Virus record (IMG/VR): IMGVR_UViG_3300046819_000361
From: a virus
Lineage: Duplodnaviria; Caudoviricetes
DNA length: 64,000 nt
Strand: one strand, 5' to 3'
Part shown: positions 9,675-19,389 of the stretch, piece by piece
Layout of the letters: every line of letters starts with the position of its first letter
Numbering within the stretch: position 1 is the first letter of the stretch
The notes under the pieces: generated by a model
Databases searched by the model: none
The model's input: the letters and a program-made list of their open reading frames with translations, nothing else
What the model was told of the DNA's origin: nothing
Program-made: the position numbers and the translations under genes

Positions 9675-10841
9675 TTAGCTAAATTTTACATTAGCATTGT
9701 TAATACCAACCAATCCCAAGTAATCGGCAGCATTCCCAAGCGAGCTTGCAGTGTTGTTAAGTTCAACATAACCGTAACGAGTCATAAAGCTTACAACTGG
9801 TTCGAATGTTGATGGATCTAAAACAACGCCAGAACTCATCAATGGGATATATGGGCAGTAGAATGCTGGTGCATCTGATTCTGAACCACCTTTGTAACCA
9901 ATTAAAATTGGTTTATCATCTGTTGCATATGTGTTAACATATACTTTTAATGAGTTGTTTAAAGTACCAACAAATTTTGTATTAGTTGGGGCTTCAAAAG
10001 TACCTTCTGTTGTGCGAGCAAACGCAGAAGTTGTAGCTGATTGCAAAATAGTTAATGCAAATGGGCTAACAACAGCATAGTTACCTGCACCACGGCGAGT
10101 ACGTTGAGCGATCAAGTTAGCAACACGATTGATTTGGATAGCCAAAGCAGCATGTTCGTCACCAACGAAAGTAGCAGTACCAGAAACATTAGCTTGGTCA
10201 TAAGTTTGAACTTCTGTACCAGCCAAGCTGATCAAAGAACCAATAATTTCTTGGTCGATTTCAGCAGTGATTTCTTGTGCTAAAGCAGCCATAATTTCAG
10301 CTTCTACGTCGATACCTTGTTGAGCTTGTGCATCTTGTGCTGATTCAAATGTCCAACGAGCACTCAATTTACGAGTTTTCGCTTCAACAGTTTGTTTCAA
10401 GATTTGGATGCTCATTCTTTTACCTGCTTGACCTTCCAATGTTGCAGTGTTGGTTGCACCAGCTGGTACAGCATCATTACCTGAGTAAGATTCTGCAATT
10501 TTGAATGGGCTCAATGCTTCTTCACCTGCAGTTACTTGACTTGAGTTGTCAGCGTAACGAACACGTAAAGTATGGATTTGACCAACAGGACCGGTCATTG
10601 GTTGTACACCCACCAATTCGTTAGCAATAACGGTTGGCATTACACGACGGATAACTGGTAAAATTACACGGTTTAAAGTAGCGATGTTGCCTGATGATGT
10701 GCCACCAGCAGTTGCACTTTCTGTTAAATATTTACGAGTGTTTTCTAAAGTAACACCCATTACTGATTTTTTTGTGCCTTGTAGACCTTCTAATAGGGCT
10801 TCTTTAGTTTCCGCCCAACGGCCATTAAGTAGTTCTGACAT
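9675..10841 (-). CDS. gp23: Major capsid protein, T4 gp23 family
   Basis: LPVIRRVMPTVIANELVGVQPMTGPVGQI, TVEAKTRKLSARWT, AFYCPYIPL, FMTRYG motifs. Confidence 0.97.
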   Translation of the reverse strand: MSELLNGRWAETKEALLEGLQGTKKSVMGVTLENTRKYLTESATAGGTSSGNIATLNRVILPVIRRVMPTVIANELVGVQPMTGPVGQIHTLRVRYADNSSQVTAGEEALSPFKIAESYSGNDAVPAGATNTATLEGQAGKRMSIQILKQTVEAKTRKLSARWTFESAQDAQAQQGIDVEAEIMAALAQEITAEIDQEIIGSLISLAGTEVQTYDQANVSGTATFVGDEHAALAIQINRVANLIAQRTRRGAGNYAVVSPFALTILQSATTSAFARTTEGTFEAPTNTKFVGTLNNSLKVYVNTYATDDKPILIGYKGGSESDAPAFYCPYIPLMSSGVVLDPSTFEPVVSFMTRYGYVELNNTASSLGNAADYLGLVGINNANVKFS

Positions 10842-10858
10842 TTAATTTCTCCTTAAAT

Positions 10859-11944
10859 TTAAAGCCCAGCGAGTCTACGCATATCAATGATGTTAGAGTC
10901 GTCGCTGCTACGATTAGTTTTGGAAAGTTTATTTCCAGTAATTTCTTTAGCTTCTACTAGTGCCTGTCTCTTTTGAGGAGCCTTTCCTGCAACTACTGCC
11001 GGTAGATACTTTTCGAAACTTTCGTTTAATTTTGAGGTTTTCACACTCTCCATTAACTCGCCCATAATTGAACGTTGTTCACTATTTAGTGGTGCCAACA
11101 ATTCACTCATGATGTCCTTACGAACTTGCGCTTCTTTCAACGCACGGATTTCTAGTTGTTTGCTTTCTAAAATCTTCTCTGCATTAACAACAGCTTTAGC
11201 TGCTTCCTGCATTGCGTGATCTTTCATGTCTATGACTTTGAGCAATTTGCTAGTTTCCGATTTTTCATTTAAATAACTCGTTTGATATTCAGCAGCAAAT
11301 GCTTCGAATAACTTACGACCGAACTCAGAACGACGAGCAGCTTCAATATCTTCTTTCAATGATGTAATTTCAGAACGAAGTCCTTGATTAACAACATTTT
11401 CAACAAGTTTCGCAGCACGTTGTACGAATTGTTCTTTTACTTTTTTGATTTCTTGGCGACCTTCACGCAGTAATTTAACTTTTGTTTCGGTCAATTCTTG
11501 TTTGTCTTTATAAAACTCTGTAATTTCTTGAGCTAGAGCCTCAACTACGAAGTTTTCCAAGGTGCCAAATTTATTTACCATTTGCATTTGATCTTCATGC
11601 AATTCTTTGATTTCAGAAGCTAGTTGACGTGTTACAAATGTTTTCATAACATGTGCGCTTTCAGAAATCTTTTTAGCATATTTAACTTTCATTTCTGCTA
11701 ATTGCTGGCGATCTTCTGCAAACTCGCCAATTTCACTAGCTAATTGATCAGAAATCATACGATCTACTGCTTCAATCATAGTGCTTTTGTCGTGTTCATA
11801 TTTTTGTGCAAACTCTTCGCGTAATTGTTGACTTACTTGTTCACGATTTTCTAAAATCTTACGTTCCCAAGCGGTTTCAATTGACTCTTTGATCTCTCCA
11901 GAAATCACATTGTTTTCAAATAACTTGTTTAATGCATCCAACAT
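10859..11944 (-). CDS. gp22: Prohead core scaffolding protein
   Basis: Glu/Lys-rich coiled coil located between the protease and capsid genes. Confidence 0.85.
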   Translation of the reverse strand: MLDALNKLFENNVISGEIKESIETAWERKILENREQVSQQLREEFAQKYEHDKSTMIEAVDRMISDQLASEIGEFAEDRQQLAEMKVKYAKKISESAHVMKTFVTRQLASEIKELHEDQMQMVNKFGTLENFVVEALAQEITEFYKDKQELTETKVKLLREGRQEIKKVKEQFVQRAAKLVENVVNQGLRSEITSLKEDIEAARRSEFGRKLFEAFAAEYQTSYLNEKSETSKLLKVIDMKDHAMQEAAKAVVNAEKILESKQLEIRALKEAQVRKDIMSELLAPLNSEQRSIMGELMESVKTSKLNESFEKYLPAVVAGKAPQKRQALVEAKEITGNKLSKTNRSSDDSNIIDMRRLAGL

Positions 11945-11956
11945 GTGATTCTCCTA

Positions 11957-12583
11957 TTATTGGAGATTACTTATTATGCCTAATAAGCTCTCTTTGAGAT
12001 ATTTTTGCGCCTGTGGATCACCCTTCACTTCTTGTGCTATACGAAAAGCGTTATAACCACCTCGTGTATTCATTAGGTGTTCATAAATTGGTGTAGGATA
12101 TGCTCCAGGTGCACTGGGTTGAGCTACCATATCTACTGTGATAATCTCAAAATCTGATACTTCGTTTGATCCGTCATTACTAACGTTTCCAGAACCTCTT
12201 GATGAAACACCTAATTTAACGCCGCTTTCCAACATTGTTTTAATTAACTGTCCCATAGGGGTTGGCAAGATTTTAAGCTTGCCATATCCATTAGGACCTT
12301 CCATCCACATATTAGTTATCATGTGGCTTACTCGATCTAAATTTATTTTTAAATCATCGGGATGATCTACTTCTCCGAGGACTGAATAACCGTTCTGAAT
12401 CTGATCGTTGAGGGTTTTAACAGCCTTGCTAATCTCACTCACAGGATAAACCCGCTGGTTTGCATTTCGGATTCCACCTTGAATGCAAATACCAGACATG
12501 TACAAGTTTTTCCCTTCTCTGTCATCAGATTCAACGATCATTTGTGCTTCGTTGAAGCTGAGGTTTTCTCGGAGATATAACAT
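11957..12583 (-). CDS. gp21: Prohead core protease
   Basis: NANQRVYP, LGEVDHP, ILPTPMG, GVSSRGSG, DMVAQPSAPGA motifs. Confidence 0.96.
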   Translation of the reverse strand: MLYLRENLSFNEAQMIVESDDREGKNLYMSGICIQGGIRNANQRVYPVSEISKAVKTLNDQIQNGYSVLGEVDHPDDLKINLDRVSHMITNMWMEGPNGYGKLKILPTPMGQLIKTMLESGVKLGVSSRGSGNVSNDGSNEVSDFEIITVDMVAQPSAPGAYPTPIYEHLMNTRGGYNAFRIAQEVKGDPQAQKYLKESLLGIISNLQ

Positions 12584-12586
12584 AGA

Positions 12587-13489
12587 TTATTTCCCGCTCA
12601 CAGGTCCGTAAGCTTTAACGCCGCCTGATTGACCTTTGCGTTCCGCACCATGTCCTTTACTAACAGGTTTCAATTTTGGTGCTTTTGAATTACCTGGGAC
12701 GTTTTGGTTACCACCATCCATTTTTTGTGTAGATGGTTTTAACAACCCACCTTGTGTTCCACCAGTTGTTGATGTACCACCACGTGCGATGTTAGCTGTT
12801 GTGCCACCCATATCATTTTTACCTGCTAATGGGCTACGTGTTTGAACACCGTTATCACCGTGTTTAGGTAATGCAACTTTGTTCACATATTCCATAAATG
12901 CTTCGAATTCATTTTGTTCTTCTGGTTGATTTTCAAAAGAGTGAGTCACATGTACTTCTTTAACGCCACTGTCGCCAGCGCCTAAATCTGCACCGAATTC
13001 ATCTTCTTCACCACCGAATTCATCTTCTTCACCACCGAATTCGTCACCTTCTTCATCACCGCCAAACATATCAGCGTGTTCTGGTTCGCTTTCTTCGCCA
13101 GCCATTAATTGGTCCAATTCTGATCTCAATTCGTCAATTGCATCTTCAAGGTCAAGAATTCTGTCTTCGTAGTCACCTTCTTCTGAATCATCACCTTCTT
13201 CATCATCACCAAAATCTGGTGCATCATCTTCTTCATCATCTTCTGAATCATCACCTTCTTCGTCATCACCGAAATCTGGTGCATCATCTTCTTCATCATC
13301 GAAATCTGGTGTGTCAGTTTCTTCTTCCTCTTCTTCCTCTTCAGGACCACCGAAATCAGATTCTAATAATTCTTCATAAATTTCACGTGATTTTCCAACA
13401 ACAATGTTGTGGAAAATTTCTTTTGCTGCTTCTTGATCTTCATTGATCAAAGCTTCGAGCATAGCTTCAAATTGTGCGCGATCTGTCAT
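12587..13489 (-). CDS. Highly acidic prohead core/internal protein (position of gp67/gp68)
   Basis: Start at MTDRAQ with RBS AGGAG; D/E-rich tandem repeats; late promoter TAAATA at 13530-13535. Confidence 0.65.
   Translation of the reverse strand: MTDRAQFEAMLEALINEDQEAAKEIFHNIVVGKSREIYEELLESDFGGPEEEEEEEETDTPDFDDEEDDAPDFGDDEEGDDSEDDEEDDAPDFGDDEEGDDSEEGDYEDRILDLEDAIDELRSELDQLMAGEESEPEHADMFGGDEEGDEFGGEEDEFGGEEDEFGADLGAGDSGVKEVHVTHSFENQPEEQNEFEAFMEYVNKVALPKHGDNGVQTRSPLAGKNDMGGTTANIARGGTSTTGGTQGGLLKPSTQKMDGGNQNVPGNSKAPKLKPVSKGHGAERKGQSGGVKAYGPVSGK
12990..13310. repeat. Intragenic tandem repeats (21-bp and 60-bp units)
   Basis: ACCGAATTCATCTTCTTCACC-type units (EEDEFGG) and a 60-bp duplication encoding DDAPDFGDDEEGDDSE twice. 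Confidence 0.8.
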
Positions 13490-13587
13490 GTATAATTCTC
13501 CTGTGATAATTACAAGCAAGGCTGTATCTTATTTACTTTATTTAGTAAAAATAGTGGTATAATAGTCAAAAAACGTTATATTTCGCG

Positions 13588-13827
13588 TTATACGGGTGGT
13601 GCTGCCGGGGTTGAATACATCGAATGTATAAATCCTAGTTCACTCTCTTGTTCTAAAATATGAGCTTCGCTACTTTTACGAAGCTCATTTAATTGTCGAA
13701 GTGTCAACCGAGTTTTGCGTGTATCACCACGCAAAAATGTTCCACCATCACGCTCTGGTTCATAACGTAATTCACTAGCCATTTGTCTAGTATCAGGGTC
13801 TATGTAAAATAATTCTCTTAAAATCAT
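13588..13827 (-). CDS. Small head-module protein
   Basis: 79 aa, DTRKTRLTLRQLNELRK; perfect TATAAATA at 13833-13840 directly upstream. Confidence 0.7.
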   Translation of the reverse strand: MILRELFYIDPDTRQMASELRYEPERDGGTFLRGDTRKTRLTLRQLNELRKSSEAHILEQESELGFIHSMYSTPAAPPV

Positions 13828-13835
13828 AATAGTAT

Positions 13836-15584
13836 TTATACCGGTGGAGGTGTTACTGGTACTGCACCCGCAGCTGAAGCAACTGGCGCTGCTCCTGTTC
13901 CATCAGTTGGCAATTCTCCTTCCATTTCTGGAGAGATTCCTAAATCACCCGCCATGCCTAAATCACCCTCAATACCTGCCGCCGACAATCCAGCGCTACG
14001 CAATTCACCAGCTGCATCAGTATGTGTAGGCTGTCCTTTACCACTTTCTTCGCCCCATAAACGTTCGTTTTCTGCCACCTCATCATCAGTTAAACCAAGG
14101 AATCGTTTCAAAGCAAATCGTTTACTCATATAGGGTATAGCTTGCAATGTGTTGAACGTATTGATACGTTCACTATCTAACGATGCTTGTCTGGTGCTAG
14201 CAAAATTAATTGGTGGATTGAAACTTAATTCAAATAAACTGGCATCAATGTTTACCCCTCGATTGTTCATGTACAATTTAAATTCGCTATCAAATGCTTC
14301 TGTAATCAAACACTGTAATCTCTCGCAATATTTGTTAAATCGCAATTCTTGAATATATGCTGTACCAACTCGGCCATCATTAAAACTAGCTTGGCTGTCG
14401 TCTGCACCAGTTGGCAAATATGAACTTGGAATTCGTAATCCACGGAATAATTTATTGGTGAAATATTTTAAATCATCAATTTCGCCAAGATTTGTACCAC
14501 CAGGCAATGTATCTACTTTACTCCCACGACCATCAGCAGTCATTGGGAAGAAATAATCTTCATTAATTGATAACGGATTGTAAGCTGAATCGATTACATT
14601 TTGACCGCCACCAGTTTGACTTGGTATTCTTCGTTGATGTATTTCATTTTTCACACGTTCAACAAATGCCATAGCTAAATGGCTAGGCATATTGCCAACA
14701 TCAATGTGGAATATACGGCGTTCAGGAGCACGTTGAATACGATATATTAAGATCGCATCTTCAAGTAATTCTTTTTGTTTATATACTTTAAATATATTTT
14801 CTAATAAACTATTACCAAATGGGTAATTATTATCAAGACCTTCTGATAATGACAAATGAACTACGTGTTCTGCATCAATTGCGTTTTCTGTTTCAGATAA
14901 CCCCCATCTACTACCAGAGCTACTAGAAGGATAAGCACCAGATGTCCCACGTTGTGTCGAACTTGTTCCCAAATATCCGCTACTTGGAATCACCCCACCA
15001 CCATTTTGTCGTGGATTAATGTTTGGTGTTATCTGTGTTGCAACTAAATTTTCAAAATTAGGTGCTAAATCTTTAATAACGTATTGTTCTGGTTTTTTAC
15101 CATCACTTTCATTTACAATTATTTTTACAATTTTACTTGGATCAACCCATGACCATTTCTGTGTTTCTGGGTCTCTGATGAAGAATGCATCACCATATTT
15201 GAATACATTTCTAACAATTCTAAAAATCCTAGTATCAAACAATTGTAATGTATTCCATTGTTGTAAATATTCACCAAGAATTCTTACTTCAGAATTTGTT
15301 GCTTTACTTCGCCATTTAACAGTAAATGGGCTTTTTCCATCTTTTAATTTTTGTGTACAGAATTCAGCTAGAATATCTAATGCTGCATTGATTTCTGGGT
15401 CACTATCCATTACTTCATACTGTTGGTATCTGTCAACTCTGTTTGGACTACCAGTATATACGTCTGGTAAATAACTAGAATAATTAGTTCTAGCTGGACC
15501 AGGTTTAGAGTTGGAGTTTAATCCCGATACTGGACTTAATCCAGATCCCTCAGCCACCGGTGTAAAATACTTTTTCCATGTCAT
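13836..15584 (-). CDS. gp20: Portal vertex protein
   Basis: LLEDAILIYRIQRAPERRIFHIDVGNMP, EDYFFP, TLPGGTNLGEIDDLKYF, ELRFNKYCERLQ motifs. Confidence 0.96.
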   Translation of the reverse strand: MTWKKYFTPVAEGSGLSPVSGLNSNSKPGPARTNYSSYLPDVYTGSPNRVDRYQQYEVMDSDPEINAALDILAEFCTQKLKDGKSPFTVKWRSKATNSEVRILGEYLQQWNTLQLFDTRIFRIVRNVFKYGDAFFIRDPETQKWSWVDPSKIVKIIVNESDGKKPEQYVIKDLAPNFENLVATQITPNINPRQNGGGVIPSSGYLGTSSTQRGTSGAYPSSSSGSRWGLSETENAIDAEHVVHLSLSEGLDNNYPFGNSLLENIFKVYKQKELLEDAILIYRIQRAPERRIFHIDVGNMPSHLAMAFVERVKNEIHQRRIPSQTGGGQNVIDSAYNPLSINEDYFFPMTADGRGSKVDTLPGGTNLGEIDDLKYFTNKLFRGLRIPSSYLPTGADDSQASFNDGRVGTAYIQELRFNKYCERLQCLITEAFDSEFKLYMNNRGVNIDASLFELSFNPPINFASTRQASLDSERINTFNTLQAIPYMSKRFALKRFLGLTDDEVAENERLWGEESGKGQPTHTDAAGELRSAGLSAAGIEGDLGMAGDLGISPEMEGELPTDGTGAAPVASAAGAVPVTPPPV

Positions 15585-15596
15585 TTTAAAAATTCC

Positions 15597-17555
15597 TTAT
15601 CTTGCGTTTAAATTAGGCGATAATTGCTTGGTTGCACGATATTGTTTATCAGTGGTTTCCAACATGTCTGATGTTGTTGATATTAGTTTAACCATTGATG
15701 TATTTAACGTTGCTAACTGCTCATTGATATCTTTTAAGGTTATATCAGATGCACCAGATGATGGTTCTTGTGTAACTTGTGGTGCTTGATTCACAGGTTC
15801 TATAGTAGGTTGTGGCATTTGATTCATTAAATTCGACGAAGTCATAGAAACAGAATTCATCATATTTTCAATGATACTTGCTTGATTTCCACCTCCCATT
15901 GTTTTTAGCATATCTGCGACAAATTCTGGTGCTTTTCCTTCTGGAACTAACGCCTCTCTCCCATGTGCCAGTACCCCCATTCCGTCTGGACCGAAATCCT
16001 TGCCAAACCAATCCCCGAAAGCTGCTTTAGTACCACCAGCGTGACTACCACCTTCATAGACTCCGGTAATATTACCGGTTAATTGCACTACCCCAGCAGC
16101 TATAGATTTAATATTCGATAACCCTTGAACTGCTCCTTTCTCCAACATAGATCCCAAATCTTTAATAAATGTTCCATTGTTGATGGATTTTGTTAAATCT
16201 TTTCCAAGATCACCATAAATCTTATCTGACATAGCTTCGCCAGTTTTTTTATCAATTGTTGATAGTTTGTCATTAACAGATAACCCTTCCTTATCGGGGG
16301 TCGCAGCAGCTTTACCAACTCGTTCGTTAATAGCTTTTGCAATATCTTGAGGTACTTTTGCAGCATCTTCCACAGCACGTTTAGCTTTAACTAATCCTTC
16401 CGTTGTTTGTGCTCCTGCATACATCTCCCCTCTAGCATTTTTGCCTTCTGATGCAAGTATCGCCTCTTTTGCAAGCATCTTTTGTGCTTCTTCTTGGCTA
16501 ATCCCAAGATCTTTAGCTCGACGTTTGATACCATCACCTTCATTCAGAATAGCCTGGTTGCTATCTTTCATAAGCGTCCGTCTAGCTTCTGAAACATCAC
16601 TTTCACCACGGACAGCATCTTTTAAACTGGCAGTTGAGTTAACTCTGACAGCAATCTCGTCTTTCACTTGTTGCAATCGTTGGCGATTTGCTTCTGCTTC
16701 TGCTTCAGAACGAGAATTTTGTAATTGTAGGACTGATAATCGCAATTTTTCAGCCAAATCCGGCCCAATAGCTTGTGCGGTTGCTCGATTAGCATCCGTT
16801 AAAACTCCACCTTGCGAATAATTTTTAATAATACTGTTTAAACCACCAGCGCTTTTAGCAAAATCTTCAATAGCAGATGCTCCAGCCCCCTTCCCCTCTG
16901 CCTCAAGTAATCGCTTGTTTGCCATAAAACGAATATCATTTTTATTCTCCTCCATTTTATCTAACTGGTCTTTTCTGCTCATACCAGTCAGTTGGCTAAC
17001 TTTGTCCATTTCTTGAGCCATCTTATGTGTAGATTCAAAAAGACGCTCTTGGTCTTCTCGTTTAGACAGATCTAAATGACGTTGCGAAGTCATAGACATT
17101 GCTAGTAATTTATTTTGTTCACCAGTTGACCATGCCATTTTAGCCAAAGCCTCAGATGCTCCAGAATCACGAAAGCCAGTTGCTACTGAAGTGAAAATTT
17201 TTGCACTTTCATTCATTGTTCCACCAAGCCCGGTGAATCCAGATTTACTAGATGCAATTGCTTCTGACCATTCAGCCATACTCATTCTTGATTTGGCAAT
17301 ACTAGTGGTTAACCCAATTGCATCATTATTCCAATTTATACCAAATGTTTTAGTAGCCGTTTGCCAATCTTGCAATACCCCATCAAATGCATTGGATAAT
17401 CCGTTAACTTTTGATGCGGCTTTATCAATTGCATCAATACCAGTGGAAACCGGTGTTGATGGTGGGGTATATTGTCGCTCTCCCGAGCTGTTCCCTCGTT
17501 GGTTTTTAGCTAACGAATCTCTAATTTCTGTTAATAAATCATCTGTTCTAGACAT
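15597..17555 (-). CDS. Tape-measure-like protein
   Basis: 652 aa, Ala/Lys-rich and helical, C-terminal FG...AHGREALVP motif; divergent from the gp26/gp51-like chaperone genes. Confidence 0.6.
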   Translation of the reverse strand: MSRTDDLLTEIRDSLAKNQRGNSSGERQYTPPSTPVSTGIDAIDKAASKVNGLSNAFDGVLQDWQTATKTFGINWNNDAIGLTTSIAKSRMSMAEWSEAIASSKSGFTGLGGTMNESAKIFTSVATGFRDSGASEALAKMAWSTGEQNKLLAMSMTSQRHLDLSKREDQERLFESTHKMAQEMDKVSQLTGMSRKDQLDKMEENKNDIRFMANKRLLEAEGKGAGASAIEDFAKSAGGLNSIIKNYSQGGVLTDANRATAQAIGPDLAEKLRLSVLQLQNSRSEAEAEANRQRLQQVKDEIAVRVNSTASLKDAVRGESDVSEARRTLMKDSNQAILNEGDGIKRRAKDLGISQEEAQKMLAKEAILASEGKNARGEMYAGAQTTEGLVKAKRAVEDAAKVPQDIAKAINERVGKAAATPDKEGLSVNDKLSTIDKKTGEAMSDKIYGDLGKDLTKSINNGTFIKDLGSMLEKGAVQGLSNIKSIAAGVVQLTGNITGVYEGGSHAGGTKAAFGDWFGKDFGPDGMGVLAHGREALVPEGKAPEFVADMLKTMGGGNQASIIENMMNSVSMTSSNLMNQMPQPTIEPVNQAPQVTQEPSSGASDITLKDINEQLATLNTSMVKLISTTSDMLETTDKQYRATKQLSPNLNAR

Positions 17556-17579
17556 AAGTTTTTCCGTAAAATATGCGTA

Positions 17580-17602
17580 TATAAATACTAATTATATTTA
17601 TG
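17580..17602. promoter_or_regulatory. Pair of opposed late promoters
   Basis: TATAAATA on + at 17580-17587 and CATAAATA on - at 17595-17602. Confidence 0.65.
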
Positions 17603-17612
17603 CGGAGAAAAC

Positions 17613-18440
17613 ATGTCAGCAAACCCATTAAAAGATTATTTTAGACAACCAAAAATTTTTTTAAAACTGCCTTCATTAGGGCGTTTTAATGATTCAACCA
17701 CCATCACTGGTAATGTTGAAAATTTACCAATTTACGGTATGAATGGGATGGATAAAATTCTAATTAAAACACCAGATGCATTATTAAATGGTGAGAGTAC
17801 AGTAAGAATTATTCAAAGTTGTTGCCCAAATATTTTAAATGCATGGGAAATGACAACATTAGATATTGAAAGTTTATTAGTAGCTATAAGAATTGCAACA
17901 TCTGGGAGTGAAATGGATATTTCAGAAAATTGCCCTAAATGCAATGTTGAAAATACATATGAATTGAATGTTAATAAATTTTTAGAACATTATAATCAGT
18001 GCAAATTTATTTCTGATGTTATGATTGGTGATTTAATAGTAAAGTTGAAACCATTAACTTATAAAAAATCAACCGAATTTGGTTTGGAAAATTTTTCTTT
18101 ACAAAAACAAATAACTCATATTTCAAACATCACAGATGATAAAGAAAAAAATAATTTAGCAACAGATATTTTTGTAAAATTTGGTATTTTACAAAACAAA
18201 ATTTTGTTATCAAGCATTGATTATATAGAAACACCTAATGGTGTCGTTTCCGAATTCGGGTTTATCAAAGAATGGATAGATAATTGTGATGGATCAGATA
18301 TTGCAAAAATTAAAGAAACAATGGATATCAATAGCAAAGCATGGAGACTACCGTTAAACACGGTAAATTGTACTGGTTGTGGTTACCAGCATGATGTTGA
18401 AGTTGATTTGGATCAAGCCAGTTTTTTCGATATAGCCTAA
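17613..18440 (+). CDS. gp26: Baseplate hub assembly protein, T4 gp26-like
   Basis: NPLKDYFRQPK, KTPDALLNG, LLVAIRIAT.G, CPKC and CTGC zinc-like motifs, C-terminal FF. Confidence 0.8.
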   Translation: MSANPLKDYFRQPKIFLKLPSLGRFNDSTTITGNVENLPIYGMNGMDKILIKTPDALLNGESTVRIIQSCCPNILNAWEMTTLDIESLLVAIRIATSGSEMDISENCPKCNVENTYELNVNKFLEHYNQCKFISDVMIGDLIVKLKPLTYKKSTEFGLENFSLQKQITHISNITDDKEKNNLATDIFVKFGILQNKILLSSIDYIETPNGVVSEFGFIKEWIDNCDGSDIAKIKETMDINSKAWRLPLNTVNCTGCGYQHDVEVDLDQASFFDIA

Positions 18441-18445
18441 CGAGA

Positions 18446-18661
18446 ATGACTGACTCAGAAATAGAAGAGTATCTAGTTAGGCTTGATAATGAGGTATTAA
18501 GTTTTAAAGATAGATTGTTTAATATTAGTTGGCATATGCGTGGTGGAGTCACTATGCATGAATTGCTACATATATATTCAGAAGACGATCTAGAAATATT
18601 GGATAATATAATAAAGCAACATATCAATTTAACAAAAGAAATACAAATGCCATTATTGTAA
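18446..18661 (+). CDS. gp51-like hub assembly protein, possibly expressed as a -1 frameshift fusion with gp26
   Basis: 71 aa, ISWHMRGGVT; directly follows gp26 in the -1 frame. Confidence 0.65.
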   Translation: MTDSEIEEYLVRLDNEVLSFKDRLFNISWHMRGGVTMHELLHIYSEDDLEILDNIIKQHINLTKEIQMPLL

Positions 18662-19360
18662 TTATTTTTTGCGTCGTGGATCAAATCCACCGCCAAATAT
18701 TTCAGATGGATCAGCCCATGGCAACCCATTAGGTGCAAGATTCGATTGAGGTGCTCCACCACCAGTTCTAGGATCTACATTAGCTAATGGTTTCGTTGTA
18801 TCTATTTGTGGAATGTTAGTTCCCAACTTTTCATTAGATAATCCAATTAATGAATTAAAAAACTCCTCGGATTTTAGTTCATTATCTTTAATAAATTTTT
18901 CAACTGGTATTCCAACATTTTTAACGAATTGCTGGAATACTGGCTGCATCATAGCAATAGCAATATATTGTGACGCTTCTGGTGTATCCAGTTTAGACAT
19001 GAAATATGACTGAGCAGCTGTTGATGGTATTTTACTAGCAACTCGTCCAATTATCGGTATTTCTGATAATCTGCGTAACCCAAATTTAGTTACTTTACGA
19101 GTAATAGTTTGTGCTGCTACTTTTCCTATTAATCCAGATAATTGCTTAATATGATATTCATCAAATTCCTTTTGATTCATTTCTTTGCTATCCAATGAAT
19201 TCTCAGCTATTTGCATATTTTTATAGTACTCAGTAAATGGTTCAACTATTAATGATAACCACCACATAGTAGAAACAGCCGTTATAATCCATTTCAATGA
19301 ACCACCTATCACACTAGCTAATCCAAATTTACTTTCAGTTATAAGTTCTCTAATTTTCAT
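18662..19360 (-). CDS. Hypothetical late protein with N-terminal MKIRELITE and a hydrophobic helix
   Basis: RBS AAGGA before the ATG at 19360; TAAATA at 19377-19382. Confidence 0.65.
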   Translation of the reverse strand: MKIRELITESKFGLASVIGGSLKWIITAVSTMWWLSLIVEPFTEYYKNMQIAENSLDSKEMNQKEFDEYHIKQLSGLIGKVAAQTITRKVTKFGLRRLSEIPIIGRVASKIPSTAAQSYFMSKLDTPEASQYIAIAMMQPVFQQFVKNVGIPVEKFIKDNELKSEEFFNSLIGLSNEKLGTNIPQIDTTKPLANVDPRTGGGAPQSNLAPNGLPWADPSEIFGGGFDPRRKK

Positions 19361-19389
19361 GACAAATCCTTTCATTTATTTAGGTATTA

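Noticed and set aside
12990-13310. Tandem repeats as a possible CRISPR array, and the His/Met-rich ORFs 13126..13350 and 13138..13446
   Set aside because: In-frame coding repeats with no unique spacers; the ORFs are shadow frames of the acidic protein
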